Shown here: piece after piece, positions 27,783-37,523 of the stretch
Numbering within the stretch: the stretch's first letter is position 1
Layout: each line of letters starts with the position of its first letter
From: Parcubacteria group bacterium
GTDB taxonomy: Bacteria; Patescibacteriota; Minisyncoccia; Phycocordibacterales; UBA2135
DNA: 64,000 nt
NCBI GenBank assembly: GCA_016204045.1
Contig: JACQLQ010000004.1
Coordinates: 100,927 to 164,926, forward strand
Direction: 5' to 3'
Notes under the pieces: model-generated
What the model was told of the DNA's origin: nothing
Databases searched by the model: none
Seen by the model: only the letters and a program-made list of their open reading frames with translations
Made by a program: the position numbers and the translations under genes

Positions 27783-28007
27783 TTAAAGCTTTTCTATTTC
27801 CTTCAAGTCCTTGTCGGGTATGTAGAGGAGGGCGAGACCAAGTGCAATGCCACCTATGACGGTATAGATATGCACACCATCAAAAAGGGCACCGTCTAGC
27901 CAATCGAGACCATACCAAATGCCCCGCCAGATTAAAACGAGCGCGACGACGACAATGAGGTTCTTCGTAAAATACTGAATGAGATTTCGTTTGGGTATAG
28001 TAGGCAT
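27783..28007 (-). CDS. Small two-TM membrane protein
   Basis: VLIWRGIWYGLD and LALLYIPD.DL.EI.KL. Confidence 0.65.
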   Translation of the reverse strand: MPTIPKRNLIQYFTKNLIVVVALVLIWRGIWYGLDWLDGALFDGVHIYTVIGGIALGLALLYIPDKDLKEIEKL

Positions 28008-28013
28008 GTTGTA

Positions 28014-28628
28014 TTATTTTAAACCAGTGTGAATATTTTCTGTAGGCCACTCGATGAGCTCGAGTGTAATGGTGCCGTTGTTAACGTTGAATTTTATGAA
28101 GCCGCTATCAAGCACTTTGAGCGCGTCTTCACGCCCTTCGACGTATCGTCGTTCAAGAGCAATCTCCCACGGACGCTCATCTCTCCCCCGAGATAAGTCT
28201 ACATTGTATGCAATCCCCCGAGTGTTGTGACGCGCATATATCTCGTCTTTAAACGCTTCGAGGTTATTCCCTTCGAAAACCCGAGCGACCTCTGGCGGCA
28301 AGGGCGCAACGTCCCCTGCTGCTCTTCCTTTGAGATAGTCGCGGAGTGTTCGTATGACCTCCCTTGAGTCGGGGCGCATTGATTTTGTCTCACCCAAAGG
28401 TTCATCGAAACGTCTATCGATTGCATCGAACTCTTGCGCGAGGAAATCGAGAAAGGCCGCATATGCCGGAGAGTCGGGCTTGAGACGATACGAGCCTTCG
28501 CTTCCACCTCGGCCGGATTCATCTTCTATGCCATAGCTCGCCAATGCCACTTTCGCCCTTTCAATAAATGTGCGGTCGTGGGGAAGAGGGAGACCCTCCA
28601 TTGTTTCAGAACGAAATTGTTCAAGCAT
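28014..28628 (-). CDS. Hypothetical protein
   Basis: 204-aa ORF with a -10-like element 6 nt before ATG. Confidence 0.6.
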   Translation of the reverse strand: MLEQFRSETMEGLPLPHDRTFIERAKVALASYGIEDESGRGGSEGSYRLKPDSPAYAAFLDFLAQEFDAIDRRFDEPLGETKSMRPDSREVIRTLRDYLKGRAAGDVAPLPPEVARVFEGNNLEAFKDEIYARHNTRGIAYNVDLSRGRDERPWEIALERRYVEGREDALKVLDSGFIKFNVNNGTITLELIEWPTENIHTGLK

Positions 28629-28688
28629 ACATCTACAATATCATAACGACGCAGTCACTGACGAGATGCTCTCTGCGTAAAAAACTGA

Positions 28689-29255
28689 CTAAAAAATAAT
28701 GAAGCTGGCGACGAGGAAGTAAACGAGAAGACTAATGAGATCTTGGATGATGGTGGCAGTGGGCCCGGACCCCAATGCTGGGTCGATGTGCCGCCTATAG
28801 AGTATGTTCGGAATAAAGAGTGCGAGAAGCGGGGCGATAGAAAGGTTGATAAGCATGGTGAGCCCCACCGTTAAGCCAATGGCGTACGATTCGAGCCAAA
28901 CAACAGAGAAGACTCCGAGTGAAACGGCGGAAATAATGCCGAGCCCGAACCCGACGGCGCACTCTTTGAGCACGTATTTCGTGAGACTAAACTTCTTTTT
29001 TTCGGCGAGTGCACGCACATAGATGGTCTCGGTCTGCGTTCCTAGCGCATCACTCAAATACACAATGATGGGGATGAAAAATGCGAGTCGCACGTCTGCA
29101 GAAAGGATCGCTTCGTACTTCGCAACGATCAGGGTAGCGAGAACGCCTCCAAGGAGTCCGAAGATGAGCCATGGTGTACGGTGTTCGATAAGGTGGTCTA
29201 TCGACTCTTTGTTCACATCTTCTTCCGGATACCGATCTCTAGAATTCATTTCCAT
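28689..29255 (-). CDS. MgtE-family Mg2+ transporter, membrane domain only
   Basis: RTPWL..GL, FIPIIVYLSDALGTQT and DPALGSGP.ATIIQD. Confidence 0.88.
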   Translation of the reverse strand: MEMNSRDRYPEEDVNKESIDHLIEHRTPWLIFGLLGGVLATLIVAKYEAILSADVRLAFFIPIIVYLSDALGTQTETIYVRALAEKKKFSLTKYVLKECAVGFGLGIISAVSLGVFSVVWLESYAIGLTVGLTMLINLSIAPLLALFIPNILYRRHIDPALGSGPTATIIQDLISLLVYFLVASFIIF

Positions 29256-29369
29256 ATATTCATTATACTATTTTTCGTATCGCTCCTCTACCCGCGCTTC
29301 TTGTTAACAAAAAAACCGCTGGGCAAAACCATGCGGCACGGACTCGATTATCTCTATCAATTTCGCATA

Positions 29370-30071
29370 TCAGCTCTTAGGCGGAATCTCCTCCACCTCA
29401 TCAGCATACACGAACCCCATCTCCTGGACGCCAAGTGGGGAGAGATCGACATCATATCCACCCTCGCGCTTGTGGATCACTCTAAAGGAGTGTCCCTTAA
29501 CGCGCTCAAAGAACCCGGGGACTTTTAGTCTGTGTTGCCTGACCACCCGAACCCTGATTACAGGAACACTCTTCACGAGAACGCGCCCCCAGCCATCTGT
29601 CGTCCACACCTCTGATGTCGTCTCCTTGGGAGACGTGTTGAGACGCGACTCGAGCACAATGGCCGCCTTTCTGACTTCAGACGTGAGGTCATAGGTAAGC
29701 ATCTCAGCGTACGTAACCCATGCGTGGTCGGTGTGCTCTTCGCTCAAGGCGAGGGTGCCACCGACAAGCCGAGTGATACTGAATATGACGACGTAGGGCA
29801 AACCCTTGTACTGCCCCGCACCAATCACGAAGCTGTCTACGAACACCTGTCGCTCTGTCGGTTCGACGAGGTACCCGGTTTCTTCCATCACTTCGCGTTC
29901 TTGCGCGTGGGAAAGATCTTGCCCTACATCCACCTTGCCACCGGCAACTTCCCATTTCCCAGGATTATTCTTATCTTTTAGCGACCGCTTGATAATGAGC
30001 CACGTGCCGTCATCGCGTCCCAAGAAGCATCGATTGACGAGAACAACACGAGGTCTGGTGTTCGCTGACAT
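29370..30071 (-). CDS. NUDIX hydrolase with C-terminal extension
   Basis: GKWEVAGGKVDVGQ..AQEREVMEETG and LSEEH. Confidence 0.88.
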   Translation of the reverse strand: MSANTRPRVVLVNRCFLGRDDGTWLIIKRSLKDKNNPGKWEVAGGKVDVGQDLSHAQEREVMEETGYLVEPTERQVFVDSFVIGAGQYKGLPYVVIFSITRLVGGTLALSEEHTDHAWVTYAEMLTYDLTSEVRKAAIVLESRLNTSPKETTSEVWTTDGWGRVLVKSVPVIRVRVVRQHRLKVPGFFERVKGHSFRVIHKREGGYDVDLSPLGVQEMGFVYADEVEEIPPKS

Positions 30072-30140
30072 GGCGCCCCTTTCGCAAGGCAGAACCTTTG
30101 AGAGTAAATCACAAAAATGTAGTTTTGTCAATCAATGACT

Positions 30141-30530
30141 TCACGCGAACGCAGTGACTATGTAGTGCCCAAAAACCAAAACCCCAATGACGACGGCCAC
30201 GAGAGCAGAGACGAGTACGGCGCCTGCGGCAACATCTTTCGTGTCCCTTGCGTATGGGTGGAATTCCGGAGAGGTCAGGTCCATATCTATTTCGATTGCC
30301 GTGTTAAACGCCTCGGCGACAAAGACCAGCCCGCACGCAAGAACCAGGAGCGCCCACTCTGTGGTTGTGATGTGAAAATAAAATCCCAGGGAAACCACAA
30401 AGAGAGAGACAAACGCATGAACCCATGCATTGTGCGTGGTTTTCAAAAACAACCACAATCCCCTCCCCGCGTGAGTGAAGCTCTTCGCGCGCTTCACCAA
30501 AGAGAACCTCTTTTCATTCATTTGTTCCAT
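30141..30530 (-). CDS. dgkA: Diacylglycerol/undecaprenol kinase (DgkA family)
   Basis: SF.HAGRGL, N..VH, AEAFNTAIE..D and KDVAAGAVL. Confidence 0.9.
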   Translation of the reverse strand: MEQMNEKRFSLVKRAKSFTHAGRGLWLFLKTTHNAWVHAFVSLFVVSLGFYFHITTTEWALLVLACGLVFVAEAFNTAIEIDMDLTSPEFHPYARDTKDVAAGAVLVSALVAVVIGVLVFGHYIVTAFA

Positions 30531-30580
30531 ATATATGGAGGGGCAAAACAATTATCTATGTGGATCAAAAATCAACTCTT

Positions 30581-31411
30581 CTAATCTGCTTTAAGAAAAA
30601 TATACTCCGTAGCGCCTGATGACGACGGGAAGTAGATTGTGTCGGGGTCTTGACCCGGACCATTTTGCTCTTTAGGCAAGACCGGGCAGTCATGCCTATC
30701 GCGATAGTCCTCGGCAATAGCCAATGTTGCGGGGGTAATGCCATAGCGCGCATACTCCGCAAGAATGTGTGGCGTCATGTGGGTAAACACCTCGTCTACC
30801 ATTGGTTGGTGCAGTGGCCGGGTGAACTTCATGCCGATGTCGAAGTTGTCGGTTGCACGTTCGGGGCCACGAGCCAAATTAGCCGTGCCGATTTTTTGTC
30901 CGGCAGTTACGCGCGATCCCCGATGCAACGAGGGGTCGAGATTGATATGAAAGAATACGAACTGCCACCGCCGCGGACTCACGGGGCTATGCGTATCGGG
31001 AGCCAGCCAAATCTGCTGGTCCCCGGGACCACCCAAGTCATTATCGACAAGAGAAATCTCACCATCAAACGGCGCAAATACGGAAACCTTCTCCAGTGTG
31101 CCGCGATACTCTGGCCTTGCCTTCACATAATGCTTCATGGAGCGCGGCGTTTTTTCACGCTCGCCGGTTCCAACAGTTGGGTGTCGGAAATCGTGGCCAG
31201 CACAACTGCGATATTGCGAAAAGGCGGCAATTTGGGAAAGGTCTACAGGATTAGCAGTAATAAACTTCTGGGCAATTTCGGTGGATGTTGGCAAATATGA
31301 AAACCCAAGTGCCATTGCCGTGAGCCCAGTGGCACCAACCACTACTATAATGAACACTGCCTTAATCCAGGGACGCATGATGTTTATCATATCATGATTA
31401 CCGCGCGCCAT
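30581..31411 (-). CDS. Membrane-anchored exported protein, M23/barrel-sandwich-like
   Basis: N-terminal TM, RSCAGH, VFAPFDG.I, FFHI and V.AGQ.IG. Confidence 0.55.
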   Translation of the reverse strand: MARGNHDMINIMRPWIKAVFIIVVVGATGLTAMALGFSYLPTSTEIAQKFITANPVDLSQIAAFSQYRSCAGHDFRHPTVGTGEREKTPRSMKHYVKARPEYRGTLEKVSVFAPFDGEISLVDNDLGGPGDQQIWLAPDTHSPVSPRRWQFVFFHINLDPSLHRGSRVTAGQKIGTANLARGPERATDNFDIGMKFTRPLHQPMVDEVFTHMTPHILAEYARYGITPATLAIAEDYRDRHDCPVLPKEQNGPGQDPDTIYFPSSSGATEYIFLKAD

Positions 31412-31471
31412 GTTTGTTGCTAGTGAGACAGACGTGGCAGAGACAATGCGGTTGAGCCATACTCGGCAGAA

Positions 31472-31729
31472 CTAACCGTGTATGCGGTTCCACACCAAAG
31501 CTCCTATATAGCCGATGACATAGCCCATGATTGAGGTCGCCACCACCAACGTCACCGCTGCTGTCGCATCAAACGGACCAACTATAATCTCCATGTGAAT
31601 CATGTGCGCCCAAAGGATAAAATCCCAAATCACCTGCGCAAATCCCGATAAAACCAAAAGCGACCACATGAGGTGCCAACCACCAAGCAGAGCACCAAAC
31701 ACAATTCCTACTTTGTTTGTATTTGTCAT
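31472..31729 (-). CDS. Small membrane protein
   Basis: GGWHLMWSLLV..G.AQ..DFILWAHMI; three hydrophobic segments. Confidence 0.7.
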   Translation of the reverse strand: MTNTNKVGIVFGALLGGWHLMWSLLVLSGFAQVIWDFILWAHMIHMEIIVGPFDATAAVTLVVATSIMGYVIGYIGALVWNRIHG

Positions 31730-31875
31730 AAAGATAGTAAGGCTGTTAATAATCCCATTATACGCTCTTCTTTATTAAGCACACTGTATGCTGTGAATAA
31801 CATTTAAAAATAGCGTAAGTGCCTCTAACAAAAAAGCCGCTGGGTAAACCATGCGGCAAAGACATCACAATTATT

Positions 31876-32805
31876 TTACGATTCCTTAGGGGCCTTGCCT
31901 GCGTTGCTAAGGCGCGGCAGTGCACCAATCATTCCGGCAGCTTTTTCCATCTCCGCAAACGCCTTTTCATGGAGCCCAGCTGCGACATGACTTGGAGCAA
32001 AAAGCACAGTCGGTCCAAGTAAGTCTGCCAAACCACCCCGAACAATGAGCCCGAATTCCCCCTCTGCTGGATCAAGAGTGAAGAAAAACCCTACACCGTT
32101 TACCCCACCTTTAGGCTTGAAACCAACTGTCCTAGCCACGTGATTCTCTGGAGCCCCATCCTCGTATAAAGAGATCGCTTCTTCATGAGTCATCGCTTCA
32201 AGTTGGTCAGCGGCGACCTCTTCCTCTTGAACAGTCAGACCAGTTGCCATCCTTATCTTGACCGTCTTCTCGTCTATCGTAATCTCTATTTCTCCCAACA
32301 CGAGAGCTGATTCGTCCGTAGGGGCCAACCCGATATACGTTCCCATCAAATCCTTCAGACTTGGTGTGATCTTGTATTCGTCGTAGACGTAGTTCCCCCC
32401 ATAGACTGTAGCCCGCCCCGCGGTTTGGTAAATCTTCTTTTGTTCGCGGAGGGCGAGGAATGTATGAATCGAGCAACGAGTCGTCTTTGACGGTGAACCG
32501 TCCTTCTCATAGACCGCCACCAGGCCGTCGAGGAAAACATAGCGGATAGAGCACCCCTTCTTCAGGGCGCTCAAGACCACTTCTTCTTCGCTCAAGACTT
32601 CGAGCTCGAACGCTGCTACTGAAATCACAACTCCGTCATCGAACTGGACAACATGTGATGCCACAACACCCGATTCCTCGTAGGGGTTAATGTAGAATCC
32701 TTCCTTCCCGATGTATTGGGCGGAAGTGGGAAATACGTCGGTGTGTGGGGCCGCCTTTACGCGCACCCGCGACCTGTTCGATGGAGCCTTCGACAGTTGC
32801 GTCAC
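31876..32805 (-). CDS. Hypothetical protein
   Basis: Long ORF with GAGG SD before GTG, TTGACA-17-TAGTTT promoter and a terminator. Confidence 0.6.
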   Translation of the reverse strand: MTQLSKAPSNRSRVRVKAAPHTDVFPTSAQYIGKEGFYINPYEESGVVASHVVQFDDGVVISVAAFELEVLSEEEVVLSALKKGCSIRYVFLDGLVAVYEKDGSPSKTTRCSIHTFLALREQKKIYQTAGRATVYGGNYVYDEYKITPSLKDLMGTYIGLAPTDESALVLGEIEITIDEKTVKIRMATGLTVQEEEVAADQLEAMTHEEAISLYEDGAPENHVARTVGFKPKGGVNGVGFFFTLDPAEGEFGLIVRGGLADLLGPTVLFAPSHVAAGLHEKAFAEMEKAAGMIGALPRLSNAGKAPKES

Positions 32806-32943
32806 TTTGGTCCGTCCTCTTGCATGCGGCAACTCAATGCAAACTAACATACAAATGGTATTATGTCAAACACTACTTCAATCGTACGTATCCTCATCTT
32901 AAAAAATAAAAAAGCCGCCGGTCTTGCGAAGGGCGGCGGCGGT

Positions 32944-33891
32944 CTATACTGCACATTGCACAGATGAACCAGAACGGATCTTTCGATGCATGATCCCATT
33001 TATTTTCCTCGACGCGCCGAAGGCGAAGGCGTAGCCTCCAACATTGCGGTAGAAAGACGCGAGGCGCCGCTTGTCTCCTTCGAGGTGCGCAATCTTCTCC
33101 TTGATACCGCGGCACTCCTCCGGCTCTCGCACACGTTCAGCGCTCCGCAGTCCGCGACGATAATCCGCCAGAGTCTTCTTGACCAGCGACTTGCCGTCGA
33201 TGACCCAGAGACCAAATCCAGAAAAATACTTTTTGAAGAGCCCAATGACAAACTCTAGCCGATTTCGAGGAAACCGATAGAGCCAACGGTTGCCCGTGCG
33301 GTTGATCAACTGCACTTGCTGAATCAGCAGTTGCCGCTTCTCCATAATCGAGAAGCTGATCGTCATCACGTGCCTACGCTTGTAGTAGACGAGAAAGGCA
33401 AAGACTCCATCGAGGTAGACGCGACTGTACTTGCCCCGACCAAACTCGTTAAAGTACGTCGTGTAGTCGAGTCTAATCTCGAAATCGGGGAGGCCGAGCG
33501 AGAATGCGCGGATGCCATTATATACATCCACAACACCGTTCCATGTGCCAGTGCCACAACCCCATCGCCACATTGAGCTTTTAATCTTGCGCACGACTTC
33601 GTGTTGGGCACTCGTTTCGAAAAACTTATCGACCGAGGTGTCCATCATGAAGATGCTCGAGTAATAGATCTTGCAGAGCTCATCAAAGGACAGTCCAGCA
33701 AAAGCCTCGAGCGGCAACCTGGAGCAATCATCGGGGAATGCAAATGCTCTCTCGAAATCCCTCTCCAGAGACTGGGCCCATGAGCCCAACTTCTCCTTCG
33801 CACCAGTAATCGCATGAGCCGGCTTACTCGCGTACGCAGGCTCGACTTTGTGTAGCTCCCCCGAAAGAGAGCGCAGCTGAAGTCCCTTCAT
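32944..33891 (-). CDS. Hypothetical protein
   Basis: GAGGGAG SD, TTGACA-18-TAACAT promoter and a terminator. Confidence 0.65.
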   Translation of the reverse strand: MKGLQLRSLSGELHKVEPAYASKPAHAITGAKEKLGSWAQSLERDFERAFAFPDDCSRLPLEAFAGLSFDELCKIYYSSIFMMDTSVDKFFETSAQHEVVRKIKSSMWRWGCGTGTWNGVVDVYNGIRAFSLGLPDFEIRLDYTTYFNEFGRGKYSRVYLDGVFAFLVYYKRRHVMTISFSIMEKRQLLIQQVQLINRTGNRWLYRFPRNRLEFVIGLFKKYFSGFGLWVIDGKSLVKKTLADYRRGLRSAERVREPEECRGIKEKIAHLEGDKRRLASFYRNVGGYAFAFGASRKINGIMHRKIRSGSSVQCAV

Positions 33892-34029
33892 GCTCCCTCT
33901 CCGGCAAGTGTCAGCGAACAACTGGAGAATATGTTAGCAATGAAAATAGAGAAATGTCAAGTTCTCCTTTTCTCAAAACAAAAAAGCCGTCGATGTAGAA
34001 TCGACGGGCTCGCTTAACTACGAAAACTC

Positions 34030-34359
34030 TTAGGCGACACTCTCTCCCGAGTGTGTCCGACGCAATACCCAACTTCCGTTGCACAGAAAATCAACCACGA
34101 GAACGAACTTGCCCTCTCTGTCGGGGGTCACTCGACATTCGAGAGAAGCTACCTTTTCGCCAACCTTCATCTCTTGGTAGTGAGGCTCAATAGTTACGCC
34201 AGACCCGTGCACAACGACTGCCCCATCAAATGTTTCAGACGTTACTCTGTCAGGTGCTGGCGTAACGGTAATTGCCAACACATACGTTGTGCCAACCTTG
34301 CATGGGTGGTCAGTATCAGCTCCCCTGAGCTCTGAAGCGACGATGTGGGTTACGCTCAC
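34030..34359 (-). CDS. Hypothetical protein (beta-rich)
   Basis: GGGGAG SD before GTG, TTGACA-17-TAGTTT promoter and a terminator. Confidence 0.55.
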   Translation of the reverse strand: MSVTHIVASELRGADTDHPCKVGTTYVLAITVTPAPDRVTSETFDGAVVVHGSGVTIEPHYQEMKVGEKVASLECRVTPDREGKFVLVVDFLCNGSWVLRRTHSGESVA

Positions 34360-34491
34360 GGTGTCAACTCCCCTTTTCTTCTTTCATAAAACTATCTGTA
34401 AATATTGCGGGTGTCAATTTGGCTGCCGCTCCTCCTTTGTATAAAAAAGACCCTCGCCTCCGCCAACCGGCAGACGCGAGGGCCCCTAGTC

Positions 34492-34737
34492 TTAGTCGCC
34501 GCCACCAAGGCGTCGGATGATCTTCACGACCTGGGTATCGCTCCCAAGTGTGTACTGCCCCGTTAGGAAGAGACAGCGCAACCACGCGTGGCTGCCGAGC
34601 ACCGGACTGTACTTGTCGCGGGCGACCTTCTCCAGTTCAGCCGGAGTCATTTCCCGAAGCTGGGTTGGGTCGATGAGATACGTATCCCATCCGCCCGCCC
34701 ACAACACCGTGACCTCGCGGCCTGATTCTTTGGTCAT
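34492..34737 (-). CDS. Small hypothetical protein
   Basis: AGGAGGT SD and TTGACG-17-TAAGCT promoter. Confidence 0.6.
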   Translation of the reverse strand: MTKESGREVTVLWAGGWDTYLIDPTQLREMTPAELEKVARDKYSPVLGSHAWLRCLFLTGQYTLGSDTQVVKIIRRLGGGD

Positions 34738-34916
34738 GTGACACCTCCTGCTTTGCGAGCAGAAGATGGTCAAGACCAATTCTTGATTATCTATCTGCTC
34801 AATAGTTAACAAAGTAAGCTTAGCATAAAAATAGAGCCACGTCAAGCTCCACGAGTAAGATTTTTTAAAAAGAAGAACCCCGCGCTCCGAAGAGACGCGG
34901 GGGTGTGGGGAGGGAC

Positions 34917-35279
34917 TTACCTCCCCACCTCGGACAGCGAGACACTTTCGCCGTAGTAGCCGTTCGACGATCCATACCAGCGAATCGTCACTGATCCTTT
35001 CTGAGTCGCGAACTCATAGAACGTCCAAGTCCCACTTTCGTCGGCATTGGGGTCATCCTGCGTCCGCTCTTCCGCGCGAATGATGGGTGCATGGACAAGG
35101 TCGTCCAAGTCCCCAGCAATGTCCTCGATCGAGACCGCCTCGCAGCAGTCCTGCTCGTGGTACATGAGGAACTTTCGCCCCCCTTTAGCATGGAAGATAA
35201 TCTCGTCCTTCGACCCTGGTATTTCGACTTTCTCGAAGGTGAGGCCGAGCAACTCAGTCAGCGTGGTGTATGCGTACAT
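34917..35279 (-). CDS. Conserved phage-type hypothetical protein
   Basis: MYHEQDCCEAVSIEDIAGDLDDL..WTFY..T.KG.V.IRWYGSSNGYY, a pattern I recall from phage proteins; AGGAGG SD. Confidence 0.7.
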   Translation of the reverse strand: MYAYTTLTELLGLTFEKVEIPGSKDEIIFHAKGGRKFLMYHEQDCCEAVSIEDIAGDLDDLVHAPIIRAEERTQDDPNADESGTWTFYEFATQKGSVTIRWYGSSNGYYGESVSLSEVGR

Positions 35280-35431
35280 GGAGAGTCCTCCTAGGGGTGA
35301 GACATCAGGCTCTTCCCAAGAGGTATCTCCAATTAAAATACTATCATAAAATATAGTTTTTGTCAATATCCCTTTGGCGGGGTTTGAATATAAAAAAACC
35401 GCCGATGTAGCATCGGCGGGCGTTTAAAAAA

Positions 35432-36154
35432 CTATTCAACATAGACGCGGGTCTCATCTCCACCACTCAAGGCAAAGTCGAAATACGTCATCGAGACACC
35501 ACCCACCTCTTCGGCGCCAGTCCCGACCAGTGTAACGTCACCCACATCAAGCGTTGTGCCTGCTAACGCCTTCAATGCTGACGCCTTCAATGCAAAGAGG
35601 GCGCTTTCATGGGGAAGAGAAATTGCCGAACGGAGCTGGTCGGGTCTGATGTCGACGTCCCATACACTGCGCTCCACCTCGACGAGTTCATCGTCCTTAA
35701 TCGCGAGAATGAGACCCGCATCGGGAGCAAGCCCTCCAGAGTGATCAGTCAAAAGAACAGCATTGCCAATAACGTGCATCGGCACTTCCCCTGCCTGCGT
35801 GCCCCCAGACCATGTTTCAGTTGGGGCGACTTTTACTGCGCCAAAATAGCGCTTGGTTCTGCGGGAAATAAATTTTTCCCCAAGGCGTACTTCTCGGAAA
35901 GATAGTTCCCTAGAGTTCGACTGCGCCAACCAACCTAGATCTTTCAGGATCTGACACTCGCTGCAGAGGTTCGACTTGCTGACATAACCCTCGGAAACGA
36001 CGATGTCGCCACCGCAAGCGACGCAATCAAAGTGCATTGGTGAACCTGCGCGGAGAGCGGAGTTGTCAATCCGCTTCCTCGTCTTGTTTTCTGCGCGCCT
36101 GCTCTGCCAAGCCGCAAGAGCCGCCGCCTTTCCTTGTGTGGTCGCCAAAGACAT
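35432..36154 (-). CDS. Hypothetical protein with N-terminal CxxC..CxxC Zn ribbon
   Basis: AGSPMHFDCVAC..LCSEC; AAGGAG SD; TTGACA-17-TACATT promoter. Confidence 0.6.
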   Translation of the reverse strand: MSLATTQGKAAALAAWQSRRAENKTRKRIDNSALRAGSPMHFDCVACGGDIVVSEGYVSKSNLCSECQILKDLGWLAQSNSRELSFREVRLGEKFISRRTKRYFGAVKVAPTETWSGGTQAGEVPMHVIGNAVLLTDHSGGLAPDAGLILAIKDDELVEVERSVWDVDIRPDQLRSAISLPHESALFALKASALKALAGTTLDVGDVTLVGTGAEEVGGVSMTYFDFALSGGDETRVYVE

Positions 36155-36267
36155 CCGTGTCTCCTTCCGTGTCTTGTTTTCTGAAGAGGTCATCTCTCCA
36201 GATTGCTATCGGCAAATGTAATAGGAAAAGTTCACTCTGTCAAGATGTCGGCCGCGCGGAGGACGTA

Positions 36268-36380
36268 AATATAGCCCCCTGCGGCTTGCCGCAGGGTATT
36301 CAACCTATATTTCGTCTTCGCTCGGAGAAAATGAAAATTGAAACATTTTCATTTTGCCCACTCGCTCGACGAAATAAAAA
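36268..36380. repeat. Composite palindromic dispersed repeat, copy 2
   Basis: CCCTGCGGC-tt-GCCGCAGGG, then a core near-identical to 3442-3517. Confidence 0.85.
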
Positions 36381-36413
36381 GCCGCCTTGTGGAAGGGCGG
36401 CTTCCGAAGGCGG

Positions 36414-36782
36414 TTAATGCGAATTCAGATAAATGTTCAGACACCCGTCGGAATTAATTTCCCTTATGTAGATTACCCGCATCTCGGAACCCCACGGCAC
36501 TCTAAGATTCAGGCGATCAACCTTGTGCGCCGCCATTGCCTCGCGAATAGCCTTGAGCAGTGCCTTCTGGAGGGGATGCGTCATAGACGTCCAACGAGCA
36601 AGCAGTTCACGCTCCCGAAAGAAGAGTTCCTTGCCGGTGTCTGCCGCGGGAACGCGGAATTCTGTATCTCTCGTGCCGCGGAAAGCTCTGCACACAGACT
36701 CCATGTTCCACAACTCATCTTTTGCATAAGGGACGAGGTCGTTGAGTCCACCCTCAAGAGCGGGTTCCGATTTGTTCAGCAT
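36414..36782 (-). CDS. Hypothetical protein
   Basis: AGGAG SD; terminator hairpin at the 3' end. Confidence 0.55.
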   Translation of the reverse strand: MLNKSEPALEGGLNDLVPYAKDELWNMESVCRAFRGTRDTEFRVPAADTGKELFFRERELLARWTSMTHPLQKALLKAIREAMAAHKVDRLNLRVPWGSEMRVIYIREINSDGCLNIYLNSH

Positions 36783-36891
36783 TGTGACTCCTGTCGCTCA
36801 AGTTGCCGCCCTGGACGCCCGGTTGGGCACGCTTGAGGGAAAGAGGCGTCCGGATTTTTTATATCATAAAATACGAAAATTGTCTGCCTTC

Positions 36892-37137
36892 TTATTTGGA
36901 GCGATGCGGACATCCAGCCCAACAACAGGGCCGACGCATCCCGCCTCTAAGCTTCGAGAGCGCCTTCGCAATACGGATACTCCTCGTCTCCGCTTTTTTG
37001 CCAGAGGTAACCCAGCAGATCCACTCATTGCGTGCGAGTGGTGTAATGTCCTCCCATACTGCTCGTGCCGCCTTGTCAGAAGCAATAGCCTTCCGTAAAT
37101 CCGTTGGCACTGTATGCAAAACTTCTTTTTGAGTCAT
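36892..37137 (-). CDS. YdeI/OmpD-associated (bacteriocin-protection) family protein
   Basis: VPTDLRKA..WEDITPLARNEWICWV.S.KK.ETR..RI..G.RRPCCWAGCPHR. Confidence 0.85.
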   Translation of the reverse strand: MTQKEVLHTVPTDLRKAIASDKAARAVWEDITPLARNEWICWVTSGKKAETRSIRIAKALSKLRGGMRRPCCWAGCPHRSK

Positions 37138-37222
37138 AGATTCATTTTGCATCAATTGCGCTGTTAGATAAAGTTAACTTTCTAAAAAGAAAAACCGTCC
37201 AGCGGAAGCCGGGCGGTAGTGA

Positions 37223-37411
37223 TTAACGTGCAATTTGGATGAGCCAACCCAATTGGTAGAGCGTGGCGAAGCCGTCCATGCCAGCAAGAGCGAACAAGGC
37301 AATCTTTATGAAGACATTCACCCAACCGTATTTTGACCAGATAACACCAAGGATGAAAAAAGCGATAGCGCTTATCAAAAGCAGCAGGTCGGAATTGGCG
37401 AAGAAGTCCAT
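37223..37411 (-). CDS. Small two-TM membrane protein
   Basis: AAAGG SD, TTGACA-17-TATAAA promoter and a terminator. Confidence 0.6.
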   Translation of the reverse strand: MDFFANSDLLLLISAIAFFILGVIWSKYGWVNVFIKIALFALAGMDGFATLYQLGWLIQIAR

Positions 37412-37523
37412 TGCAGCGCCTTTCCTTTGTCGGTGCAAACACCAAAAACTAAGTTGTTTATATTCTATTCTCTATAGTGTGTCAAACCTTGCTCGAGAAA
37501 TTAAAAAGGGTGAGCACCTATCG

